Source: an uncultured archaeon
GTDB taxonomy: Archaea > Asgardarchaeota > Lokiarchaeia > Sigyniarchaeales > Promethearchaeaceae
DNA length: 23,711 nucleotides
Assembly: GCA_964426185.1 (NCBI GenBank)
Contig: CAYRPF010000053.1
Coordinates: 1 to 23,711 of the forward strand
Direction: 5' to 3'
The translations under genes were made by a program, and so were the position numbers. Numbering within the stretch: position 1 is the first letter of the stretch; each line of letters begins with the position of its first letter. This document shows, piece after piece, positions 16,701 through 23,711 of the stretch. The notes under the pieces are model-generated. The model was not told the origin of the DNA, searched no databases, and saw only the letters and a list, made by a program, of their open reading frames with translations.

Positions 16701-17758
16701 TTAAGATAACAAATTTATCCAGTGATCCACCAGATTTAATCTTGTCATTAATTCTTTTCTAATGAACGCTTTTCGATTTCGAGAGAAATTATCAGGTTGA
16801 TATCCTTTCAACGTTAAAAAAATTCTCAGATCTTCAGAATCTAGGTAAATAACTTGGAGTTTTCTTATAAGTTCTTTCTTCAAATAATCAACTAACTGCT
16901 TGGATTTTTTAAGTGAAAATGGCAACTTGATTTCTATCCAAGAAAATGGCCGATTTTTCAATGCAATTTGTTTAACTTTATGCTGAAAAAATATTCTTTT
17001 TCCATTAACGCTTGATAATAACTTTTTATATCCCTTAACAAAAAAAAAACCGCGGGTGAAAGTTGTTTCAATGGGGGAAACTGCTTCGGGACATCCAAGG
17101 TTTTTTTCTTTAATAGATTTAATGCAGAGAGTGGAATACCCGGCACATTTTTCATTTGTCCCGCAATTTCGAAATGTTGCAGTAAAATGTGATATTTTCC
17201 AGTATCATGAAAATCCGGTAAATTTCTCGCAATTTGAGTTATCAACAGTGGATCATCTTGTGTAATATATCTTGTGCCATAGATTGCTACATCTTTGATC
17301 TCAACTTGAGATCCTTTCCGTAACTCAAAATCATACGGTGTAAAACCTTGAAAATGATATTCTCCATAATAAGAATCTAATAAAATGATTAATCCTAAGC
17401 GGTGTAAAACTTTCAACCAAGAATTTCGGGTGTATAATTTAGCTCTGTTGGATTTACGGCGGATATCATGGTTTCCTTCAACTGCGATAATAGGAATGGA
17501 ATTATTTGTTTAGGAATGGAAATTCTGCAGCATCTCCAGAACTTTCTCAAAAGATCCAGGTAAATTATCTCTTGAAGTGAAAATATCACCCCCAAAAATA
17601 ATAAAATCCACCTGTTCAAGTTCAGCCCTCTGTAAAATTTGGCGAAAAGCCTGCAGATAACCCCCTGCCAACTTGGAATTATAGAATTGACCAGTTCCCA
17701 GATGAATATCGCTGGCATGAATGAAAGAAAATGCAGACGAATGCTGCGAAACTTGCAT
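16701..17758 (-). pseudogene. mre11: Disrupted Mre11/SbcD-family nuclease
   Basis: 'FIHASDIHLG' and 'GGDIF', then an in-frame TAA (17512-17510), then 'IAVEGNHD' and 'LLQH' in the same frame. After an A-run near 17101-17107 the frame shifts to 'NLGCPE...RGFFFV...LKNRPF'. The GHxH motif region is missing. Confidence 0.85.
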
Positions 17759-17801
17759 TTTTTTTTAGAAAAAAAACAGATAAATAATTTTCACAGAATT
17801 A

Positions 17802-19622
17802 TTAGTGATATTTACTTTTTTTCTTCATGGTTTGAACTGCACGCTCAGCCAACTTTACTGCTTCATCCGCCCGCTTTTGCTCTGATTTAAGCTTGTCTTT
17901 CAAATTTTGGGTCTCTACCTTCATACCTGATATTTCTAATTCAAAAGTTTGTATTTTTTCTAGCATTTGGTCCAATTTTGCCTTCATGTTATCCAATAAT
18001 TTGGTTTTTTCTGCCAATTCTACTTTTAAATCATCCCTTTCAGACATTAACTCCGTCATTTTTTCATCGTACATTTGTTCTGGCTTAGGGATCTCTGATG
18101 TATTAGAAGTGGTCATATTTTGCTCAATTTCATTGAGAACTTGATCAATTTCTGAGGCTAACTGGGTTGTTTCTGGAATTTCTGCAAGATTTGATGGAAT
18201 AGATGGAGTAGATAGAATAGATGGGGAATGTTGAGTGGATTGTGTGTATTGAGCAAGTTGGGCTTGCAATCGTTGAATTTCTTGCTGAAGTTCGTAATTT
18301 GTTTGCCGTAAACTGTCAATACGATGATATAATTCCGTAGTTGTAAGCCGCACTCCTTGAAATATTTCAGTAGCTGCGTCTTCCAGAATTTCTTCCGTAT
18401 ATTTCTCTCTAAATTTTGAAATTAAATCGGAACGTGCGATTTTCTCTTCTTTTCCTAATTTTTCTAATATGTTAATCCCCATTCCCCCGTGTATCGTGTA
18501 TCTTTTACGAATTTTCACTTGAATGGGACAGAATGGGGTGATATCTCCTGTAATTATTGCTTCTCCTGGCATTAAATTCTGAATCTCTTCTTCATCGTGT
18601 GAATCTAATCCTTCTGCAGAACTAGTTGTAATTCGTATATCATTAATATCTGTTAATTTATGGATAATCCACGTACCTGCTTGGGCGCGAATTGTAGTAT
18701 CCAATGCTTGAGGTTTTTGAGTGATGACCACCAGATTACATCCAAATTTCCGCCCCTCTTGAGATATCATTTTTACCGTATCCAATGATTTGCTGGCCTT
18801 CTTTCCAGCAAACAAGTGAGCTTCATCTAAGAAAACAAAAACGGGAGGAATTTCACGCATAGTACTTGCTTTATATAAACGCGCTAAAAATTGCTCAATA
18901 ATATTTTCTTGTATTGGAATATCTACTCCTCGTAAGTTTATTGTTATGCATTGACCAGGTAGAATCAATTCCTTCAACTGAATTACTGGAAGATATTTTA
19001 ACGGCAAATCTGCTTGTGGATTATAAGAAATCTCTGCAAATTCAATAATATGTTTTCTAAATGATTTTTCTGGATCATTTTTATTAAAAAAAATTTCAGA
19101 ATCAGGGATATTATTTTCATCAAGTAATTTTAAAGTAGAGTACTCACCATGTCTATCTATAATAATTATCGGAATCTCTTTTTTGAGAAGTTCCTCCAAT
19201 AAAACTCCCACAGTATATGATTTTCCAGAGCCAGATTTGCCTGTAATAAAAACGCGTCCTAATTTTTCTACATTTGGCATAGCACGAAGCCCTGAAATTC
19301 CGAATATTTCTCCTAAGTTTAAGGCCTTTTCTTCAGAAGTGTCCATTCCTATTGCTTTTTGAATTTCTTCAAGGCGCGCTATTCGAATTTTGGAATCAAG
19401 TGGAAAAGGGGTGTGTGGAGGATTTCCAATAATCTTACATTCTCCAAATTGTCCCTTTTCATCATTCCACAAATGAATCGTTGATAAAATAAATGTATTA
19501 GAATCATGGTTAACAGCAATAAATGCTTTTCTGGGGATACTTGTCATTATTTTGAATTTAAACCCAAATGGGGTCGTTTTACCCTCAATATGGCCGATAA
19601 TCTCATCTGATGGTTGATTCAT
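17802..19622 (-). CDS. HerA/FtsK-family (DUF87-type) ATPase with N-terminal HAS-barrel-like region and long C-terminal coiled coil
   Basis: Walker A 'GKSGSGKS', 'IIDRHGEY', Walker B 'VFLDEAHLF' and 'EGRKFG..LVVITQKP'; heptad-rich ~180-aa tail. Confidence 0.88.
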   Translation of the reverse strand: MNQPSDEIIGHIEGKTTPFGFKFKIMTSIPRKAFIAVNHDSNTFILSTIHLWNDEKGQFGECKIIGNPPHTPFPLDSKIRIARLEEIQKAIGMDTSEEKALNLGEIFGISGLRAMPNVEKLGRVFITGKSGSGKSYTVGVLLEELLKKEIPIIIIDRHGEYSTLKLLDENNIPDSEIFFNKNDPEKSFRKHIIEFAEISYNPQADLPLKYLPVIQLKELILPGQCITINLRGVDIPIQENIIEQFLARLYKASTMREIPPVFVFLDEAHLFAGKKASKSLDTVKMISQEGRKFGCNLVVITQKPQALDTTIRAQAGTWIIHKLTDINDIRITTSSAEGLDSHDEEEIQNLMPGEAIITGDITPFCPIQVKIRKRYTIHGGMGINILEKLGKEEKIARSDLISKFREKYTEEILEDAATEIFQGVRLTTTELYHRIDSLRQTNYELQQEIQRLQAQLAQYTQSTQHSPSILSTPSIPSNLAEIPETTQLASEIDQVLNEIEQNMTTSNTSEIPKPEQMYDEKMTELMSERDDLKVELAEKTKLLDNMKAKLDQMLEKIQTFELEISGMKVETQNLKDKLKSEQKRADEAVKLAERAVQTMKKKSKYH

Positions 19623-19734
19623 AGTTTCAATCTCACTTTCATTATAATATAGCTTTTAGGTGTTTATAATTTTCGGGGAGTCCAACTTGAGTTGTCAGAA
19701 AAATGAAGAAAAAGAGGAAAAAATCTTCTTTCAA

Positions 19735-20028
19735 CTATTTCTTAACTAACCGATAGGTTTTATACTCAGTTACCCCATTAAGCGAGTTTTCGCTAATAGG
19801 TACTTGAACAAACATATTTTGATCAACAGGCTTATGAGAAATTTTATTTGAAACTTGAGCTTGCTGGTACTTCTGGAATGATTTAGCTGTTTCTAACTCA
19901 TGGATTAAAAAATCTCTGACTGCCACACGAATTAATTCTGAGCGAGACGGATAAAGACCTTCCTGTCCTGTCAGTGAATCGATGGCTTTCAGATAGGAAA
20001 TCGGTAGATTTACCGTAATGATGCGAAT
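19735..20028 (-). CDS. Ribbon-helix-helix (CopG/MetJ-Arc) regulator, paralog 1, probable ATT start
   Basis: The frame extends upstream of the 63-aa ORF: (I)RIITVNLPISYLKAIDSLTGQEGLYPSRSELIRVAVRDFL. AAGGAGG lies 8 nt before the ATT. There is no in-frame ATG/GTG/TTG before the upstream stop. Confidence 0.85.
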   Translation of the reverse strand: MRIITVNLPISYLKAIDSLTGQEGLYPSRSELIRVAVRDFLIHELETAKSFQKYQQAQVSNKISHKPVDQNMFVQVPISENSLNGVTEYKTYRLVKK

Positions 20029-20065
20029 TAGTGATTCCTCCTTTGTTTTGCTCTCTTTAATTTAT

Positions 20066-20185
20066 TTTACAGAATTATGTGTTAAAATAAATCCCTATTT
20101 ATTAAATGTGTCTTAAAATTCACTGTTTGTGATTATCTTGCAAATGGTATTCTCCCCTATTTCAATAAACACATAATTTTGTAAA
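20066..20185. repeat. 18-bp inverted repeat (17/18) with 84-nt spacer upstream of RHH paralog 1
   Basis: TTTACAGAATTATGTGTT (20066-20083) versus AACACATAATTTTGTAAA (20168-20185). Confidence 0.75.
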
Positions 20186-20418
20186 TGTTTTAGCGTTATC
20201 CTTTCGATTTTCTCGAACTAATAACTAAAGTTACTATGTTTGTGTTCTATATAATCCTTTTGTTTTAGTGAGAAATTTTCTAGTATTAAAGAGATAATAA
20301 ATGCTAAATGGAGGAAAACATTTCCTATAATGTCAAATGCATAATATTTATATTATCTTTTAATAAAAACAGAGTATATTTAAAAAGATATTTAAATGGG
20401 AAGCCATGAAATTAAATA

Positions 20419-20691
20419 TTATGGTGTTTTTATTTTTTTCCAAAATACAACAGATTTAACTTCTTCTGAATCATTTAGGGCTACTGTTTCGTTTTTAGCA
20501 GAGTAATTTAGCCGTTCAAACTCTTTGGCTGCTTCTAGTTCTTTTAATAGGAATTCTCTAACTGCTATTCTAACTAATTCTGAGCGAGAAGGGTATAAAC
20601 CTTGGTGTTTATTGTTAGTGACTAATTTATCAATAGCATTTAAATATGCCACGGGTACATTGCAGGTAATTATTCGGATTGTTTTTTCCAC
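20419..20691 (-). CDS. Ribbon-helix-helix regulator, paralog 2 (start GTG20691 or ATC20679)
   Basis: 'IRIITCNVPVAYLNAIDKLV....GLYPSRSELVRIAVREFL', a clear paralog of the adjacent RHH gene. Confidence 0.88.
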   Translation of the reverse strand: MEKTIRIITCNVPVAYLNAIDKLVTNNKHQGLYPSRSELVRIAVREFLLKELEAAKEFERLNYSAKNETVALNDSEEVKSVVFWKKIKTP

Positions 20692-21162
20692 CCCTTATTT
20701 CTACTAAACAAAACATATGAGTTGTTTTAGATAAATTTTGAAGATAACTGTTGTATAGATTCACTTTCATGAAATTATTTGCCATATCTAAGAGTTTTAG
20801 GAAAACTGGCATTAAATTTTTCCCAATTTTTGTTTGTTGCTTTTAATTTTTCATGACTCTGCTTAAAGTTCGATTTCCTTCACAAACGTATATAGAAATA
20901 ATTATGTCGAAATAGTATAAAAACATTTTTGCTATATAAAGGTATTTGTGGGGAAATATCATTTCATATTCGATTATTGATAATATCTTCTGCTTAACAC
21001 AGGGATAGTGTAAAAATACATTTGAGATTTTATCAAAAATATTTATATTTTTATTAAGACTATTTTGGATGCAGCTACTGAAACATCTTCTTTTTATCCA
21101 AAAAGTAATTAAATTCTGACATGTATTATTGATTAAGTGAACAAGAAAAGGAGACTTCACTA

Positions 21163-22452
21163 ATGAGTTATGATTGGTTTTCCATTATTTTTACATTTGC
21201 CATTTTCGTAACAATTATGATCATTTTCAGCCGAGAAAATGCAGATTATGTGGCTTTTTCTTTGTTGGGAGCCGCGCTCTCTAGTTTGGTGACCTTTTTT
21301 CGATTTCCTGAAGCTCATATTATACAATCAATAGAATGGAAACCCTTGATTTTTATTCTTTCCATGCAGGTTATTGTACTAATTGCCGAACGTCATAAGA
21401 TTTTTCAGTGGGTAGCGGTGAAATCTCTACATCTTACTAAGGGGAATCACCGTATCTTCTTTTATTTAATCTGTATTATTGGCACATTTACTGCTTCCAT
21501 TATTGCAGATGTCACGGTATCAATAATTTTTGTTCCCCTTGTTATTCGAGCATGTCGAATTCTAAAAATTAATCCTGCTCCATACCTTTACGGAATTACC
21601 ATAACGATTAATATCGGTTCAATATTTACTCCATTTTCTTCCTCGGAAAATATCTTAATTAGTTCTAGTTTTGATTTAAGCGTTCAATGGTTTTTTATGA
21701 ATACTGGTATTTTTGTAATATTAGCTTTAATTGGGACTTTAATTCTGTTAGATTTCTTTCTTCTAAGAAAGAATTCACCTCCCACCGAATCTCAGAAGAA
21801 TATATTGTTAGAAATTATGAATCCTGAATTAGTTATTATAGATCGCAAACAATTTATTACCAATTCGATCTATTTTATTATTGTAATTCTTGGTTTTGTT
21901 TTTATGTCCGATTATGCCTTTTTAGTCGCCTTATTTGGTGCGATTATAATGTCACTTTTAAACCGAAATCAATTTACTGATAATCTTACTAAAATTGACT
22001 GGAAAGTGATCTTCTTCTTTATCTCTTTGTTTCTTATTATTGGCAATATGATTGATAATGGCACTTTTGCATTAATTTTAAGCGCTTTACAAGGTTTTTC
22101 TGGGGGTAATCTTTGGGTATTATCATTTAGTGTTTTAATTATTACCAGTCTTCTTTCTGGATTCTTAGCAAATTCTCCCACCGCAATTATTGGAATAAAT
22201 CTTCTTAACGAAATGTTCAATTTCAATCCTCCTGCTATTATAATCATTGCTTTTCTTTTAGGAATTAATTTGGGGGGTAACTTATTACCTCAAGGGGCAG
22301 CATGTGATGTAATGACACTTAATTTAGCAATGAAACATAAAGTAGAAGGTTTTACTTACAAAAGTCTGTTGCGAACAGGAGGAGCATTTGCTGTGGTTCA
22401 TATAGTAATGTGTATTCTGTATTTGACCGGCTACTATTTCGTTGTATACTAA
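21163..22452 (+). CDS. SLC13/ArsB/NhaD (IT superfamily) permease
   Basis: About 11 TM segments; 'IEWKPLIF', 'INIGSIFTPFSSSEN', 'IDWKVIFFFISLF' and 'GINLGGNLLPQGA'. Confidence 0.88.
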   Translation: MSYDWFSIIFTFAIFVTIMIIFSRENADYVAFSLLGAALSSLVTFFRFPEAHIIQSIEWKPLIFILSMQVIVLIAERHKIFQWVAVKSLHLTKGNHRIFFYLICIIGTFTASIIADVTVSIIFVPLVIRACRILKINPAPYLYGITITINIGSIFTPFSSSENILISSSFDLSVQWFFMNTGIFVILALIGTLILLDFFLLRKNSPPTESQKNILLEIMNPELVIIDRKQFITNSIYFIIVILGFVFMSDYAFLVALFGAIIMSLLNRNQFTDNLTKIDWKVIFFFISLFLIIGNMIDNGTFALILSALQGFSGGNLWVLSFSVLIITSLLSGFLANSPTAIIGINLLNEMFNFNPPAIIIIAFLLGINLGGNLLPQGAACDVMTLNLAMKHKVEGFTYKSLLRTGGAFAVVHIVMCILYLTGYYFVVY

Positions 22453-22645
22453 TACCTAACCGTATTTTAGCTAGAATTTATCCAAGCAAACAGAATAGAG
22501 TGGAAAAATCTATCATTTTCTTATAGTGTGGTATGGTTCGCATGACAATATAGCACCAAAGGGTTGATATACTTCATAATTTTACAAAGTAATGATGGAA
22601 TGGGAAACTCTACGGAACATTATCACGTTCACGGACTAGGTGTAC

Positions 22646-23711
22646 CTAAGAAAGAGAAATATAGTAAAATAATGTGAGATATATAGAACTCATGACAATG
22701 TGCATTATGGTAACCAATGAACCGCGCACCAACAGAGTTTTATAGTTGAACTCCTTCACATTGCTCTTTTCAGCTAGATTTAGTGCCATTAAATCGCAAG
22801 CCGCACCTTGTGGGAGAAAGTTGGAACCCAAGTTGATGCCAAATAGAAATGCCATTAGGATTAATTGAGGAACATCTCCGGGATTAGGCCCGTAGATATT
22901 CTGTAGTAGAGTAATAAATACTAAAGCTGTTGGAACTTGAGCCAGAAATCCAGATAATACAGCGATCATAACCAGAATGGTAAATGCGGCTAATAATTCA
23001 TTTTGTGGTAGAATCATTTTAACCCAATCCCCTATTATATCAAAAATACCGGCCATTTTCATGCAACCGATCAATAAGAAAAGTGCAATAAAGAAAAAGA
23101 TGATTTTCCAATCGATTTGTTTGGTGTTTTCGGTAAAATAAATACTATTCATTAAACTCATGATCAAAGCTCCAATAAGGGCAACTACCCATGGACTTGG
23201 ATAAAACAAAAATCCAAAAATGATCATAGCAAACATGATGGAATTTAGCAGAAAATACTTGCGATCAACCACCACCAAGCTTGGATCCATGATTTCTAAA
23301 AGTATCTTTTTATATTCTTCTTTAGGTGGGTTGATTTTACGTAACAATAGAATATCTAAAAGAAATAATGTAAACAACAAAACTGGAAAAACATATAATG
23401 TGAAACTTCTTAGAAACCACGTAAAATTCAATCCAAAGACTGCAGATATTAATACATTTTCTGAAGATGAAAAAGGAGAGTATAAGCTTCCAATATTTAT
23501 TGTGAAACTAATCGCAAATATATATGGAGCCGATTTAATGTGCAGAATACGGCAAGCTCGAATAACAAGGGGAACAAAAATTATTGATATCGTGACATCT
23601 GCAATAATGGAAGCGGACAGAGCACTTATTATGCTGATCAAGTAAAAAAACTTTCGATGATCACCTTTAGTGGCGCGAAGAACCTTTAAAGCAATCCATT
23701 CAAATATCTTC
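22646..23711 (-). CDS. SLC13/ArsB/NhaD permease paralog (5' end beyond window)
   Basis: The frame stays open to the window edge (KIFEWIALKVLRATKGDHRKFFYL..., homologous to KIFQWVAVKSLHLTKGNHRIFFYL). It has the same motifs as the convergent paralog. Confidence 0.88.
   Translation of the reverse strand, partial: KIFEWIALKVLRATKGDHRKFFYLISIISALSASIIADVTISIIFVPLVIRACRILHIKSAPYIFAISFTINIGSLYSPFSSSENVLISAVFGLNFTWFLRSFTLYVFPVLLFTLFLLDILLLRKINPPKEEYKKILLEIMDPSLVVVDRKYFLLNSIMFAMIIFGFLFYPSPWVVALIGALIMSLMNSIYFTENTKQIDWKIIFFFIALFLLIGCMKMAGIFDIIGDWVKMILPQNELLAAFTILVMIAVLSGFLAQVPTALVFITLLQNIYGPNPGDVPQLILMAFLFGINLGSNFLPQGAACDLMALNLAEKSNVKEFNYKTLLVRGSLVTIMHIVMSSIYLTLFYYISLS

Noticed and set aside
17510-17512. 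Selenocysteine/pyrrolysine readthrough of the mre11 stop
   Set aside because: The codon is TAA at a non-catalytic position, and a second lesion removes a catalytic motif anyway.
20843-21160. 105-aa minus-strand ORF
   Set aside because: AT-rich with no recognisable motif, and it begins 2 nt from the divergent permease start; probably spurious.
20030-21162. Replication origin in the long AT-rich intergenic stretches
   Set aside because: No ORB-like repeats were recognised and there is no cdc6/orc1 in the window.
598-23645. Short ORFs overlapping or antisense to longer genes (e.g. 598-795, 2455-2724, 3376-3651, 5304-5669, 9675-10058, 13969-14217, 15662-15985, 23220-23645)
   Set aside because: Shadow frames of well-supported CDS with no independent motifs.

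Overview
Low-GC archaeal chromosomal window, most consistent with an Asgard (Lokiarchaeia-like) genome. This placement is inferred from two tail-less HMf-type histones of the 'AWSPIR' type, surface proteins with Loki-CTERM-like anchors and a CxxC..CxH zinc domain. The window holds about 21 CDS: a YhhQ/VUT transporter, an Ig/cadherin-like surface protein, larB, two tandem histones, an AT-rich two-gene DUF488 module, an MBL hydrolase, an orphan DNA methyltransferase, an FHA-like protein, a membrane-anchored PD-(D/E)xK-like protein, a PadR-HAAS pair, a 7TM-zinc protein, a crotonase, a small anchored surface protein, a membrane metallophosphoesterase, a HerA-like ATPase with a coiled-coil tail, two RHH paralogs and two convergent SLC13/ArsB-NhaD paralogs. 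There is also an mre11 pseudogene. The main signals not shown by the ORF track are: (1) a 961-bp integrase-less single-gene cassette bounded by a 99-bp duplication of the crotonase 3' end; (2) two RHH paralogs that appear to start at Ile codons (ATT/ATC) behind Shine-Dalgarno motifs; (3) a long stem-loop filling the histone 5' leader; (4) an mre11 broken by a nonsense codon plus a deletion/frameshift; (5) tandem palindromic operators at the padR promoter. No rRNA, tRNA, CRISPR array or transposase was recognised. All family calls come from motif recognition by eye, without database searches.
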